64,000 bases of DNA from an uncultured Candidatus Saccharibacteria bacterium (GTDB lineage: Bacteria; Patescibacteriota; Andersenbacteria; UBA10190): NCBI GenBank assembly GCA_964371255.1, contig CAYJKV010000003.1, forward strand, positions 8,458 to 72,457, read 5' to 3'. Under the pieces are notes generated by a model. The model saw only the letters and a program-made list of their open reading frames with translations. It did no database searches and was not told the origin of the DNA. The position numbers and the translations under genes are program-made. Below, in pieces: positions 48,311-61,210 of the stretch (its first letter is position 1; each line of letters opens with the position of its first letter).

Positions 48311-49879
48311 ATGGCTCCTCCACAAACCATTATTGAAGCCGCTAACGCGATCCGTAGCCGTGATATATCTGCTACTGAAATAATCGAGACCTCGTTACGC
48401 AGCATTGAACAATGGGAACCGCATGTGCACGCCTTCTTGGAAATATTTGCCGATACTGCCCGCCAGCAAGCCGCTGCCTTAGACTCCTCAAAACCGGGGA
48501 GTAATCAGCCGCTGGCCGGCATTCCCATTGCCATTAAAGACGTGATTTGTACCACTGAGGGGCACACCACTGCGGGATCAAAAATTCTACAGCACTTTCG
48601 ATCGCCCTACGAAGCCACCGTTATTAAGCGACTCCGTCATGCCGGTGCGATTCTGATGGGCAAAGCCAATCAGGACGAATTTGCCATGGGAGCCAGTAAT
48701 GAATTTTCTGCTTACGGTCCCGCGTATAATCCTTGGGATACCAGCCGTGTTACCGGTGGCAGCAGCGGTGGATCAGCGGCTAGTGTATCTTGCGGTGAAG
48801 TACTGGGCTCACTGGGTACGGACACGGGCGGGTCAGTCCGTCAGCCGGCCAGTTTTTGCAGTGTCGTTGGACTAAAACCTACCTATGGCCGTGTTAGTCG
48901 CTTTGGTGTCGTCGCTTATGCTAGTAGCTTGGATCAAGTCGGCCCCTTCGCCCGTACGGTACAGGACTGTGCTTTGTTGTTCGAGACTATTGCCGGACCG
49001 GACAAGCTCGACGCGACAACTTCTCCGCAGCTGGTTGGTCAATACGTCCAAGCTTGTGGCCGGGACATAAAAGGCCTGCGCGTCGGCTTGCCAGCTGAAT
49101 ATTTTACTAAGGAAGTTGATCCGGCAGTAGTGTCAATCGTTCAGACCGCCATTAAACAGCTAGCCAAATTAGGGGCGGTTATCAAAGAGATATCCTTGCC
49201 TTTAACCAAATATGCCGTTCCGACATATTACGTCATCGTTAAGTCCGAAGCTTCAACCAACCTCGCCAGATTTGATGGTTTGCGCTATGGCCACTTGGCT
49301 GTTGCCGCTAATGATTTACTCGAACAATACTTTGTCGGTCGCGGTAAATATTTTGGGCCAGAAGTCAAACGGTCCATCCTGATGGGCACCTTTACCTTAT
49401 CCTCTGGCTATATTGATGCCTGGTACAAACAAGCCAGTAAAGTTCGGACGTTAATTAGGAATGAATTTAATGAACTGTTTAAGGAGGTAGATGTTATTGC
49501 CGGACCGGTTTCTCCTGAACCGGCTTTCCCGGTCGGGCAGAAAGCCGATGATCCTCTGGCTATGTATCTGGCGGACATGTTAACCGACCCGGCCAGCGTC
49601 GCCGGTCTGCCGGCTATCTCCGTACCCTGCGGCTTCAGTTCGGTTGCCGCTCTGGAAGAGGACAGTCATCCTGTCCAACTGCCGGTTGGTCTTCAACTGA
49701 TCGCCCCCCACTTCATGGAAGAGCGCCTATTCCAGGTTGCCCATGCCTATGAACAGTCCACTGCTTGGCATAAACAAAAACCAGTTTTACCCGCTAGGGT
49801 AAATGGAAACACGAATAAAAAAGCGAAAAGTGTAAAGCGTAAAATGAAAAACAACAGCGTAAAACCTAAAGCACTGTAG
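48311..49879 (+). CDS. gatA: Asp/Glu-tRNA amidotransferase subunit A (amidase signature) with Lys-rich C-terminal extension
   Basis: Amidase signature GGSSGGSAASV and a Ser-cisSer-Lys triad region. The last ~35 aa (NTNKKAKSVKRKMKNNSVKPKAL) are encoded by an A-rich repeat. Confidence 0.9.
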   Translation: MAPPQTIIEAANAIRSRDISATEIIETSLRSIEQWEPHVHAFLEIFADTARQQAAALDSSKPGSNQPLAGIPIAIKDVICTTEGHTTAGSKILQHFRSPYEATVIKRLRHAGAILMGKANQDEFAMGASNEFSAYGPAYNPWDTSRVTGGSSGGSAASVSCGEVLGSLGTDTGGSVRQPASFCSVVGLKPTYGRVSRFGVVAYASSLDQVGPFARTVQDCALLFETIAGPDKLDATTSPQLVGQYVQACGRDIKGLRVGLPAEYFTKEVDPAVVSIVQTAIKQLAKLGAVIKEISLPLTKYAVPTYYVIVKSEASTNLARFDGLRYGHLAVAANDLLEQYFVGRGKYFGPEVKRSILMGTFTLSSGYIDAWYKQASKVRTLIRNEFNELFKEVDVIAGPVSPEPAFPVGQKADDPLAMYLADMLTDPASVAGLPAISVPCGFSSVAALEEDSHPVQLPVGLQLIAPHFMEERLFQVAHAYEQSTAWHKQKPVLPARVNGNTNKKAKSVKRKMKNNSVKPKAL

Positions 49880-49945
49880 TAACACGCTCGGAGTCATTTT
49901 AATTTTTTAGTTGTTGCTTTGCGCTTTTTGCTTTACATTTTGCGA
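49805..49945. repeat. A-rich inverted-repeat pair (GCGTAAAA family) spanning the gatA stop and the gatA/gpmI convergent junction
   Basis: Arm D AAAAAGCGAAAAGTGTAAAGCGTAAAATGAAAAACAACAGCGTAAAACC lies inside the gatA 3' coding region. Arm E GCTTTGCGCTTTTTGCTTTACATTTTGCGATTT lies downstream. Confidence 0.5.
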
Positions 49946-49946
49946 T

Positions 49947-51542
49947 TTATTGCAACGAGCCAAGAAGTGATACGCCTGTCATGCTGCTCGGTTTCGGCAA
50001 TCGCAAAACATCCAACACTGTTGGTGCTACATCGGCTAATACCCCAATCGGAGACATTAAGCTGGTAATGACTTCACTATCGCTCTTCTTGGTCGTGCGG
50101 CGCAGCTCTTCTCTGACATAATAAAAAGGCACGGGATTTTTAGTATGCTCAGTAAACTGTTGGTGCGTTTCTTTCTCTCCCACCTCTTCGGCTTTGCCGT
50201 GATCGGCTGTCACGATCATGGCGCCGCCTTGCTGGTTAACACTGTTATAAATTTTACCTAAACACTCATCCACACAGGCGCACGCTTTAACAGTGGCATC
50301 AAAGTCCCCGGTATGGCCAACCATATCGGCATTCGCAAAATTCACGAAATATACATCATATGCACCGCGCGCTAGCTCGTCTGTTATGCGTTTGGTTATT
50401 ACGTCTGCCTCCATGCGCGGCTTTTGAGCCCAATCTTTCACGCCTGACGAGTGTACTAAATCATGTACTTCGCCGGCGAAGGGTTCTTCATGGCCTACGT
50501 TCAAATAATATGTGATATGAGCATATTTCTCTGTTTCAGCAATGTGCAGCTGCATTAATCCGGCCTCGGACACCACCCGGGCTAATGGATACTCGGCAAT
50601 TTCTTCACGATATGCGGCTGGACAGGGGAGTGCCTTATCGTACTCATTCAAGGAAGCAAAATATAAATTTTTTAATGTCTTCGCCGGCCACCCGACCTTA
50701 TCGGGAGCCACAAAGGAGGCAGTCAGCTGCCGGGCACGATCGGGTCGGAAGTTAAAGAAGATTACCGCGTCATTGTCCTTGATTAGCGCAATCGGCGCGC
50801 CGCCCGAAGTAATAACAGTCGTCGGAATTTTTTCATCAATGAATCCTTTCGCGTGCGCTTGCGCTATCGCTACCTCTGGCGAGGGTGCTCCATCTGGCCT
50901 CAGCCCTCCCGTTAACATATCAAAAGTCGCCTGGGTCCGGTCCCAGTTCTCATTACGATCCATAGCGTACAACCTCCCCGTGACTGACGCGATCGTCCCC
51001 ACTCCCCAATGCCCTATGGCTTCCTCCAGTTTTCTTAAATAGAATGGCGAGCTCTTCGGTGGCGTGTCGCGGCCATCAGTAAACATATGAATGTACACCC
51101 GGTCCCGGAATTTCTCCTGAGCCAGCATCTGCAGCAAGGCAATCAGATGATTCATATGCGCGTGCACGCCACCCGGTGAAACCAGCCCCATTAAATGCAA
51201 GTCGCTGTTATTATCGCGTGCGTGCTTAATCGCGTTTAGTAACACTTCATTTTGAAAAAAGGAGCCGTCATCAATCGCTTGATCAATATCGGCCATAATC
51301 TGATACTGCACGCAACCCGCTCCAATATTGCGATGTCCCGTTTCTGAATTTCCAGCCACGCCGCTCGGTAAGCCGACCTCTAATCCAGACGCTACCAAGG
51401 ATGCGCTGGGATAGTACCAAGAAAACATATTCAAAGTCGGGGTCGGCGCGGCATCAATCGCGTTACCTTTGCCTTTTAAACTTAAACCCCAGCCATCTAG
51501 AACTATCACCACTAATGGTCTGGGTCGGGGCAAAGTATTCAT
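49947..51542 (-). CDS. gpmI: 2,3-bisphosphoglycerate-independent phosphoglycerate mutase
   Basis: N-terminal LVVIVLDGWG and overall iPGM architecture. 531 aa. Confidence 0.9.
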   Translation of the reverse strand: MNTLPRPRPLVVIVLDGWGLSLKGKGNAIDAAPTPTLNMFSWYYPSASLVASGLEVGLPSGVAGNSETGHRNIGAGCVQYQIMADIDQAIDDGSFFQNEVLLNAIKHARDNNSDLHLMGLVSPGGVHAHMNHLIALLQMLAQEKFRDRVYIHMFTDGRDTPPKSSPFYLRKLEEAIGHWGVGTIASVTGRLYAMDRNENWDRTQATFDMLTGGLRPDGAPSPEVAIAQAHAKGFIDEKIPTTVITSGGAPIALIKDNDAVIFFNFRPDRARQLTASFVAPDKVGWPAKTLKNLYFASLNEYDKALPCPAAYREEIAEYPLARVVSEAGLMQLHIAETEKYAHITYYLNVGHEEPFAGEVHDLVHSSGVKDWAQKPRMEADVITKRITDELARGAYDVYFVNFANADMVGHTGDFDATVKACACVDECLGKIYNSVNQQGGAMIVTADHGKAEEVGEKETHQQFTEHTKNPVPFYYVREELRRTTKKSDSEVITSLMSPIGVLADVAPTVLDVLRLPKPSSMTGVSLLGSLQ

Positions 51543-52204
51543 TCTCTAAAAATACCATGCCAACCTAGACCAGAAAACAGATAGTCGGTTTCGAGTTTTG
51601 AATTTCTGATTTGTCTAGGGTTTCTCGATTTCTCCCTAGGGGACCACATGGGGGGATTTCGGATTTTATGTAGCGGGGGTCGGAATTGCACCGACGATTT
51701 CCTGGTTATGAGCCAGGCGAGATACTACTTCTCCACCCCGCGTTATATTGGTCAGTCCGAGTCACCTAAACGTATACTCTCAAACTGATATTTCTGTTTC
51801 TTTACTGCCTCCCGTCTTAAAAAATCGCTTAACGAATATTTATAACGCTATCTGGTTGCAGTGTGCCCCATTGTACGCTCAACCAATTAAGCATGCAACT
51901 GTCAATGATTATTTACAAAATGGTGGTAAAAAACCTTGCGCCTCTCCTCTGCTTCTAGGCATGGTTATATTGACCGGTGGGACATTAATAGGGGGGAATA
52001 TTTACACACAGATCACGCCCCGAATAAACCTACTGCGTCCTTAAGAGCTACCGCACCCAGTGCGAGCTTTACATCCCCGCTCATGCGGGGTTGTTCTTTA
52101 TTATAAAATTGGCTACATTTTCTCTGCCTCTTCTTTTATGATGAATAGTATCGTCAGCTTAATGTTTTTAGGCCACAAGGCTTTTTGAACATTTAGCCTC
52201 GGTG

Positions 52205-52281
52205 AAACTTGTTTGGCGGGGTAGCTCAGTTGGTTAGAGCGCGGGACTCATAAGCCCGAGGTCGGAGGTTCGAACCCTCTC
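52205..52281 (+). tRNA. tRNA with CAT anticodon (Met or Ile2/lysidine), CCA encoded
   Basis: Acceptor GGCGGGG, D-arm GCTCAGTTGGTTAGAGC, anticodon loop CTCATAA, T-arm GGAGGTTCGAACCCTCT and 3' ACCA. Confidence 0.75.
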
Positions 52282-52363
52282 CCCGCTACCACGTAAAATC
52301 TGCACCCGCCTTTGGCGGGATGCAGATCACGTGGCAAGCCGCGCCAGCAGATTGTCACGTGAA

Positions 52364-52401
52364 AGCCCCATAAGAGGCGTATGCCTCATGGGGCTTTTTT
52401 T
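52364..52401 (+). terminator. intrinsic terminator downstream of the tRNA
   Basis: AGCCCCATAAGAGGCGTATGCCTCATGGGGCT followed by TTTTTTT. Confidence 0.65.
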
Positions 52402-52450
52402 ACGTGAGCCCCGTGATCGCGGAGTTTACGACGCGATTTTACGTACACTC

Positions 52451-52789
52451 ATGTACTGGATCTACCTACTCAGATGTGATGACGACGAGTCATGGTATAT
52501 CGGTTACACCACCAATCTAAAAACTCGTCTTAAGGATCACCTCGAAAAACATGGAGCAAGAACAACACGAAGAAAAGAAAACTGGAAACTCATCTACTGC
52601 GAAGGCTACGTAAATAAGAAAGATGCACAAGGACGGGAGAGATTTCTAAAAAGTGGATCGGGGAGAAGATTTCTAAAAAAGCAGCTGAAATACTATTTGG
52701 CAGATAAAGTTAAAAAAACCGCAGGGCGAACCATGCGGTCTACAACCTTTTCTCATAAAAGATCGTCTCAATCTAGACAACAGCGGTAA
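52451..52789 (+). CDS. GIY-YIG nuclease-superfamily protein (YhbQ/UPF0213-like)
   Basis: MYWIYLLRCDDDESWYIGYTTNLKTRLKDHLEKHG...WKLIYCEGYVNKKDAQGRERFLK. The start is taken at ATG 52451 because the longer track ORF includes the terminator hairpin. Confidence 0.7.
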   Translation: MYWIYLLRCDDDESWYIGYTTNLKTRLKDHLEKHGARTTRRKENWKLIYCEGYVNKKDAQGRERFLKSGSGRRFLKKQLKYYLADKVKKTAGRTMRSTTFSHKRSSQSRQQR

Positions 52790-52853
52790 ATCATGTACTC
52801 TACATCTACAGTCCTTTAATATATAGACTAAACAACTAACCTGTAATTCACCC

Positions 52854-52927
52854 GGGCCCGTAGCTCAGCTGGTTAGAGCGATTGCCTGTCACGCAATAGG
52901 TCGCCGGTTCGAGTCCGGTCGGGCCCG
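52854..52927 (+). tRNA. tRNA-Asp (anticodon GTC)
   Basis: Acceptor GGGCCCG/CGGGCCC, anticodon stem-loop ATTGC-CTGTCAC-GCAAT and T-arm GCCGGTTCGAGTCCGGT. Confidence 0.8.
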
Positions 52928-52959
52928 CCCAAGTCTCAATAATTACACCTTTTTCTCAT

Positions 52960-53379
52960 ATGGAAAATAGACCTCTCGTTGGTGTCGGTGTCATGGTGCT
53001 TAAACAAAACCTTGTTTTATTAGCACAAAGAAAAGGTTCGCATGGTGCCGGGGAGTACTCTTTCCCTGGTGGTCATTTAGAATTTGGCGAGTCGATCACC
53101 CATTGTGCCAGGCGCGAGGTGGCGGAAGAAACTGGCCTAAAAATAAAAAACATCAGGTTTTTGCTGGTTGAAAACATTCTCACGTACTCTAACAAACATT
53201 ACTTGCACGTTGGTCTTGTCGCCAACTGGCAATCCGGCGTACCCCAAATTTTGGAACCAGATAAAAGCATGGCCTGGGGCTGGTATAAAATGAACCATTT
53301 ACCCCGCCCCCTTTTCGCCACCATCAAGCATACGATTCAAAGTTATCAATCGGGTCGTAACTTCTATGATTCTTTTTAA
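52960..53379 (+). CDS. NUDIX hydrolase (MutT-like)
   Basis: Nudix box GGHLEFGESITHCARREVAEETGL. Confidence 0.8.
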   Translation: MENRPLVGVGVMVLKQNLVLLAQRKGSHGAGEYSFPGGHLEFGESITHCARREVAEETGLKIKNIRFLLVENILTYSNKHYLHVGLVANWQSGVPQILEPDKSMAWGWYKMNHLPRPLFATIKHTIQSYQSGRNFYDSF

Positions 53380-53589
53380 CGTCTGGCTATTAATTACTTA
53401 TCACTAAATAATTATCAATTTTATGCTCCAGCCCTACGAGCTTGAAGACGATTCCTCAGAATTACTCTCCTGGCCGCGGCTCATTGTGCTTGCTCTGGTC
53501 GTTTGGGTAATCGCTTGGTGGATACGGCCGTGAATTTGTTACAATGAAAGAATAGTAAGTTTAATCAAAGCCCTTATGACTTTTGCTCA

Positions 53590-54000
53590 ATGATGACTGT
53601 TCGCGTTTTTATTGTCGGTTCTTTTTTAACCGCCATAATCGGATGGTCAATTTGGCTAGCTATCATTTTGCTGCTCGATCCGCTGCAAGCGGGTATCTTA
53701 GGTTTTGTCCTATTCTTTCTCGCCCTCTTTCTAGCGGTCGCTAGCAGCGCCAGCCTGGCCGGTTATCTAGTGCGTCGTTTAGTCGCGCCGACCATATTCT
53801 CCGCCTATACCGTTCGTGTCGCTTTGCGTCAGGGATTATGGCTAAGTCTGTTTCTTAATCTGCTCCTTCTCCTCCATTTAAGTGAACTTTATCGCTGGTA
53901 TTTAGGTGTTTTCCTAATTGTTATCTTTCTATCCGTTGAACTGGTATTTTTAAGTATTGATCGTTTGGTTACCCAACGCTTAAACAAACCGCATGACTAA
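53590..54000 (+). CDS. hypothetical membrane protein (4 TM helices)
   Basis: A hydrophobic 136-aa ORF that overlaps the pheS start by 8 nt. Confidence 0.45.
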   Translation: MMTVRVFIVGSFLTAIIGWSIWLAIILLLDPLQAGILGFVLFFLALFLAVASSASLAGYLVRRLVAPTIFSAYTVRVALRQGLWLSLFLNLLLLLHLSELYRWYLGVFLIVIFLSVELVFLSIDRLVTQRLNKPHD

Positions 54001-55021
54001 TTCGCTCACCCAATCTTTAACCAAACTATCCGCTGCTGCCCTTCAGGAGTTGGAGCAGATCGGTGACCTGGCCCAACTTGAAAAGTGGCGCATAAATTAC
54101 CTGGGTCGCAAGGGACAAGTGCCCCAGCTGCTGCGAGCAATTAAAAATGTCTCACCCGCTGACCGCAAAAGCTATGGTCAACTGGGTAATCAGATACGCG
54201 CGCAGTTGACCCACGCCTTTGCGCAACAGCTAACGCGCTTAATGCCCACTGCCACTGCCGCACTCAAAACCGGCCCCGCCCAGTCCCAAGCCTCTGACCG
54301 TCCCGGCCACTTACATCCTCTCACCCTCGCTGTTCGGGATCTGCAGGCGATCTTCTATCAACTTGGTTTTCAGCTGGTGGAGGGACCGCTCGTAGAAGAA
54401 ACAAAATACAACTTCGACTTATTAAATATTCCCTTGGAACATCCTGCCCGGACCGAGACCGACACCTTTCATTTAGCGGACGGTTTAGTCCTGCGCACCC
54501 ACACTTCGCCTGTCCAATTGCGTTCCGTACTGGCCAATGGCCTGACTCCGCCGTTTCAAGTCTATTCCACCGGCCGCACTTTCCGCGCTGAACGGACGGA
54601 CGCTTCGCACGATCACACCTTTAACCAGATTGAGGCTTTAATGGTGGGCAGCTCAATTAGTATCGCTGACTTTAAAGGTGTTCTTGAATATGTTTACGCA
54701 GAATTTTTCCGCCAAAGCGTGGTCACGCGCTTGCGGCCTTCGTATTTTCCTTTTGTCGAACCTGGCTTTGAAGTGGATATGAGCTGTGTCATCTGCCAGC
54801 AGCAGGGCTGTCGCGTTTGTCACCAGACAGGGTGGCTGGAAATGATGGGTGCTGGGATGGTTCACCCCAACGTTCTGACAAATATGAATATCGATTATCA
54901 GCAGTATCAAGGGTTTGCTTTCGGTGGGGGAATTGAACGCCTCGCTATGCTTCGTCATCGCATTCCCGATATCCGGCTTTTCCAGTCGGGTGATCTTAAG
55001 TTCCTTCGGCAGTTCAGTTAA
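53993..55021 (+). CDS. pheS: phenylalanine--tRNA ligase alpha subunit
   Basis: Class II aaRS motifs FRAERTDASHDHTFNQIEALMVG and GFAFGGGIERLAMLRHRIPDIRLF. Confidence 0.9.
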   Translation: MTNSLTQSLTKLSAAALQELEQIGDLAQLEKWRINYLGRKGQVPQLLRAIKNVSPADRKSYGQLGNQIRAQLTHAFAQQLTRLMPTATAALKTGPAQSQASDRPGHLHPLTLAVRDLQAIFYQLGFQLVEGPLVEETKYNFDLLNIPLEHPARTETDTFHLADGLVLRTHTSPVQLRSVLANGLTPPFQVYSTGRTFRAERTDASHDHTFNQIEALMVGSSISIADFKGVLEYVYAEFFRQSVVTRLRPSYFPFVEPGFEVDMSCVICQQQGCRVCHQTGWLEMMGAGMVHPNVLTNMNIDYQQYQGFAFGGGIERLAMLRHRIPDIRLFQSGDLKFLRQFS

Positions 55022-55062
55022 TAGTAGTTTTATTTTATTACCGGCATTTTTCTTAATTTGTT

Positions 55063-57408
55063 ATGTTGATTTCTTACAATTGGCTGCGCCAGCTACTGCC
55101 GGCCCTAACGGATAGTCCCTCAAATGTGGCGGATTTATTAACCAGCCATAGTTTTGAAACAACCATCAGTCATTCCTTCGCCCTTGATCCGAATGTCACT
55201 GTTGCGCGGATTGTGGCTATTGCATCCCACCCGAATGCCGACCGGCTGCAGCTCGTCACTGTCGACAACGGCAGAGGCGAGGCGACCGTCGTTTGTGGCG
55301 CCCACAATATTGAAGTCGGGGATATTGTCCCTTATTCTCCAACCGGAACGAAACTACTTGATGACCAGGGCCGCCTCTTTACCTTGACCTCGGCCAAAAT
55401 CCGCGGCGTGATCAGTGCCGGCATGTTAAACTCACCGCGTGAATTAGGGTTAGGGGATAGCCACCAAGGCATATATATTCTCCCGCCGGACACCACCCCC
55501 GGTACCAGTTTGGCCACGCCTCTGCCCCCCGATACTATTCTTGACGCAGATATCACTCCCAACCGGGCGCACGATTGCCTGAGCCACTTAGGCATCGCCC
55601 GCGAATTGGCTGCCATTAAAGACTATCCCGCGCCCGTCCTCACCATACCGCCTCTGCCAACCGCGCCGGCTCAGCCTTGGCTGCTGGATATCACCGAGCA
55701 GAATAAGGTGATGCGATATATTGGTATCGCTTTGCGGGACATTAAAATTAAGCCATCTCCTCTCTGGTTGCAGGCTAAACTTTGGGCCATTGGCAGTAAA
55801 CCAATTAATAATGTTGTCGATATAACTAATTACGTATTATTTGAAACCGGCTATCCCTCTCATGCCTTTGATAGTGCCCGCTTGCCCGGTCAAACTATTG
55901 GTGTCCGGTTTGCCAAACCTGATGAATGCCTAACCACCTTGGATGACAATGAACATAACTTAACTTCCCAAAACCTGGTGATTACTTCTTCCAATCAACC
56001 CGTTGCTGTCGCGGGTGTGATCGGTGGAGTTGCCAGCCAGGTCGGGGACAGTACCCGCGAGATTTTTCTGGAAACAGCCGTCTTTCATCCTTACACTATC
56101 CAACAGTCAGCCGCGTCCCTTAAAATCGAGACGGAAAGTGCTCGTCATTTCAGCAAAGGCATGACCCCCGCCTTAGTGGATATGGCTGCGGCCCGCGCAG
56201 CTGCCTTATTGCAGGAGCTGGCGGACGCCAAGGTAACCAGTTATGTAGAATATTTTCCGTCACCATCAGAGCCGCGCCAAATAAAATTCAATCCCCGTCG
56301 TGTCTCCGCTTTATCCGGCACTGCTATTTCCGCCGCCAGCATTAAAGACGCGCTTACCCGCCTGCGCTGTCGGGTCAAAGGCAGGCTGAACTGGCAGGTA
56401 ACCGTACCGGCTGATCGGCTCGATTTAACCGGGGAACATGACCTGATCGAGGAGGTTGTCAGACTAAGCGGCCTGCAAGCAATCATGAGTCATTCGCCCC
56501 GACTAACTAACCAGGGGCCAAAGTTACCGGAGATAGCGCAGTGGCGCGAGATGGTGCGCGACGTGCTCGTTGCGCATAACCTAACAGAGACATCCAATTA
56601 TTCTTTTTCCGACTCGAACCTGGAACATATGTTAGGTTTGGCTGTTGTTAATGACGCGGCCCTTGTCGTTTCCAACGCCGTCGCGCCAGAACAGTCTCAC
56701 TTACGTCAGTCACTTTTACCTCGCTTAGCCGGAAATTTATTAACCAATAAAGCGGCCTGGCGTACTAAATTTTCCCATAAGGAGTCCGGTGTATTTGAAA
56801 TTGGCATTGTTTTCCAAACCGGGGATGGCGGCCTGGTGCCCGGTGTGGTGGAGCAGGAGTATGCGGCGGTTGCGCTGGTTGGCGAGAGCGCCAACGAACC
56901 TGCCGCCCACGCTATTGTCACTGCCCTGTGTGCTCCTTTCGGCATCACTAATCCGCCGGCTGATATAATTAGCATACTGCCCGTGCCGGCTGCTTCACCT
57001 ATTCAACGCAAGCTTGGTTTACCGGTTGTGTTTATTGAAATCAACTTAAGTATCCTCTTGACGCACGCTTCTCTGCCGCCTGATTATACTCCCGTTTCAT
57101 CCGGTCCTATTGTTGTGTATAAGAGCACCAGTAAATTCCCGCCTGTTTATCGCGATCTCTCCTTGCTAGTCGATGCACCTGTTACCAGCGAGCAAATCCA
57201 AGCAATAATTGCTCAGGTTGGTGGTTCAACAGTGGCGGCCGTCGATCTTTTTGATCAATACCAACCGATCGATTCGAGCCAAAAAGGACTCGCTTTTCAT
57301 GTGGCTTACCAAGCCCAGGACAGAACTTTAAACGACTCAGAAGTAAATAGTCTGCACAATAACATTATCGCTGCTCTGCAAAGAGAATTAAAGGCCCAGT
57401 TAAGATAA
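55063..57408 (+). CDS. pheT: phenylalanine--tRNA ligase beta subunit
   Basis: N-terminal MLISYNWLRQLL is typical of PheT. B3/4 and B5 regions and a C-terminal FDVA-like domain are present. 781 aa. Confidence 0.9.
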   Translation: MLISYNWLRQLLPALTDSPSNVADLLTSHSFETTISHSFALDPNVTVARIVAIASHPNADRLQLVTVDNGRGEATVVCGAHNIEVGDIVPYSPTGTKLLDDQGRLFTLTSAKIRGVISAGMLNSPRELGLGDSHQGIYILPPDTTPGTSLATPLPPDTILDADITPNRAHDCLSHLGIARELAAIKDYPAPVLTIPPLPTAPAQPWLLDITEQNKVMRYIGIALRDIKIKPSPLWLQAKLWAIGSKPINNVVDITNYVLFETGYPSHAFDSARLPGQTIGVRFAKPDECLTTLDDNEHNLTSQNLVITSSNQPVAVAGVIGGVASQVGDSTREIFLETAVFHPYTIQQSAASLKIETESARHFSKGMTPALVDMAAARAAALLQELADAKVTSYVEYFPSPSEPRQIKFNPRRVSALSGTAISAASIKDALTRLRCRVKGRLNWQVTVPADRLDLTGEHDLIEEVVRLSGLQAIMSHSPRLTNQGPKLPEIAQWREMVRDVLVAHNLTETSNYSFSDSNLEHMLGLAVVNDAALVVSNAVAPEQSHLRQSLLPRLAGNLLTNKAAWRTKFSHKESGVFEIGIVFQTGDGGLVPGVVEQEYAAVALVGESANEPAAHAIVTALCAPFGITNPPADIISILPVPAASPIQRKLGLPVVFIEINLSILLTHASLPPDYTPVSSGPIVVYKSTSKFPPVYRDLSLLVDAPVTSEQIQAIIAQVGGSTVAAVDLFDQYQPIDSSQKGLAFHVAYQAQDRTLNDSEVNSLHNNIIAALQRELKAQLR

Positions 57409-57534
57409 TAATATTAATACTATCTCTCCCAACGAAAGCCCTGAAAAGGCTGTCTTTTTTGTTCCATTCATGCTATTATTTACAGGTAAAAGAGCGGGGG
57501 AAAGCCCTACTTTTTACTTCAAGTCAGCCAATAA

Positions 57535-59610
<2,076 letters not shown>

Positions 59611-59682
59611 TGTCCATCTGGCCTCGACAAATGATTCTCTATTGTTACCCTGGTAGCAGTCTAATAAACTAACTTAATACAT

Positions 59683-60228
59683 ATGGTCACAATCGGAGAA
59701 CCAGTCGGGGATTTTAATCTTGAAGCCTATCACAACAAGGGGATTAAGCGCGTTCAGCTATCCCAATTTAAAGGCAAATGGGTGCTGTTGTATTTCTATC
59801 CGGGTGATTTTACCTTCGTTTGCCCCACCGAACTGGGCGAGGCAGCGGACCACTATCAAGAAATAAAAAAATTGGGTGCCGAAATACTGAGCATTAGCAC
59901 GGATAGCGTCTACGTTCATCAAGCCTGGCACACCTCTGCTTCCGTGATTGCCAAAATAAAATATCCAATGCTGGCCGATCCCACTGGCGCCGTTTGCCAG
60001 CAGTTTGGGGCCTATCAGTTTTCTCAAGGCATTGCTTGGCGAGCCACTTTTACTATCGATCCGCAAGGTATCCTGCGCGCCCTGGAAATGCATGATGACA
60101 GCTTTGGACGAAGCACGACAGAGATCATCCGCAAACTAAAAGCAGCTATTTATACCGCTAAACATCCCGGCCAAGTTTGTCCGGCCAGTTGGCAACCCGG
60201 TGACGAAGTCATTATAAAAAAAGCGTGA
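59683..60228 (+). CDS. peroxiredoxin (AhpC/TSA family, 2-Cys type)
   Basis: FTFVCPTEL peroxidatic Cys motif. 181 aa. Confidence 0.85.
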   Translation: MVTIGEPVGDFNLEAYHNKGIKRVQLSQFKGKWVLLYFYPGDFTFVCPTELGEAADHYQEIKKLGAEILSISTDSVYVHQAWHTSASVIAKIKYPMLADPTGAVCQQFGAYQFSQGIAWRATFTIDPQGILRALEMHDDSFGRSTTEIIRKLKAAIYTAKHPGQVCPASWQPGDEVIIKKA

Positions 60229-60365
60229 CGCACCTTTAAAGATCTTACAACCTCGCCGTCAATTGCATTATTTCTTACTTTGATATACATTCACATTAAT
60301 AGCCCCCCGGGGCTGTTTTTAAGAAATATTAACTAGGATCTCACCCCGCAAAATATATTACCGAT

Positions 60366-60593
60366 ATGCCCCATCAGCCCAAAACAACGGCTATCACGCG
60401 CCTTACTGGTTTTCCACAAACCGTGCTGTCTTTTCTTAAGGAGGCAAAAGAAGAATTAAAAAAAGTGACCTGGCCGACACGCCAAGCCACCATCCGTTAT
60501 ACCCTGATTGTAGTTGCCGCTTCCATTGTCGTCAGTCTTATTATTGGCGGCATCGACTACTTGTTGGAGATTACTTTGGAAACCGTTGTCTAA
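60366..60593 (+). CDS. secE: preprotein translocase subunit SecE
   Basis: Position immediately upstream of nusG. KEAKEELKKVTWPTRQAT plus a single C-terminal TM helix. Confidence 0.75.
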   Translation: MPHQPKTTAITRLTGFPQTVLSFLKEAKEELKKVTWPTRQATIRYTLIVVAASIVVSLIIGGIDYLLEITLETVV

Positions 60594-60610
60594 ATTATTA
60601 AACTAAACCC

Positions 60611-61210
60611 ATGACTAATAGTCCTCGAGATAATCAGCCGCCTCGCCCCACCGATTTAGTGGACGATCAATCAATTACCCCCGATAACATTCATTGGTAC
60701 GTACTGCACACTTATTCGGGTTATGAGGATAACGTCGCTCGTAACTTGCGGCAGCGGATAGAATCAATGGGTATGGAAGATAAGATCTTGGATGTCGTCG
60801 TGCCCCGTGAAAAGAAAATACGAGTAAAACACGGCAAGCGTCGCACCATCGAAGAACGTCTCTTTCCCGGTTATGTCCTGGTCAAAATGATCGTCACAGA
60901 AGACTCTTGGTACGTAGTCAGAAATACACCTAACGTAACCGGTTTCGTCGGTTCTGGCACAACCCCGACCCCTGTCTCGCAAGATGAAATCGACCGCTTA
61001 CTTAAACGGATGGGTGAGGATGAACCTAAGTACAAGATGGACGTGGCTGAAGGCGATGCCGTTAAAATCATTGATGGGCCGTTTAAGGACTTTGAAGGGC
61101 GCATCTCTGAAGTTAGTGAAGCCAAAGGCACTGTTAAAGTTCTGGTCAATGTCTTTGGTCGGGAAACACCGGTGGAGTTGGACTTTCTTCAAGTTCATAA
61201 AGAGGCGTAA
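60611..61210 (+). CDS. nusG: transcription termination/antitermination factor NusG
   Basis: NGN domain WYVLHTYSGYEDNV and a C-terminal KOW (GDAVKIIDGPFKDFEGRI). Confidence 0.9.
   Translation: MTNSPRDNQPPRPTDLVDDQSITPDNIHWYVLHTYSGYEDNVARNLRQRIESMGMEDKILDVVVPREKKIRVKHGKRRTIEERLFPGYVLVKMIVTEDSWYVVRNTPNVTGFVGSGTTPTPVSQDEIDRLLKRMGEDEPKYKMDVAEGDAVKIIDGPFKDFEGRISEVSEAKGTVKVLVNVFGRETPVELDFLQVHKEA

Noticed and set aside
51748-52044. 98-aa ORF in the gpmI/tRNA intergenic region
   Set aside because: It has no RBS or domain. The region is full of hairpins and GGATTT-type repeats and is more likely promoter or non-coding sequence. It is not called as a gene.
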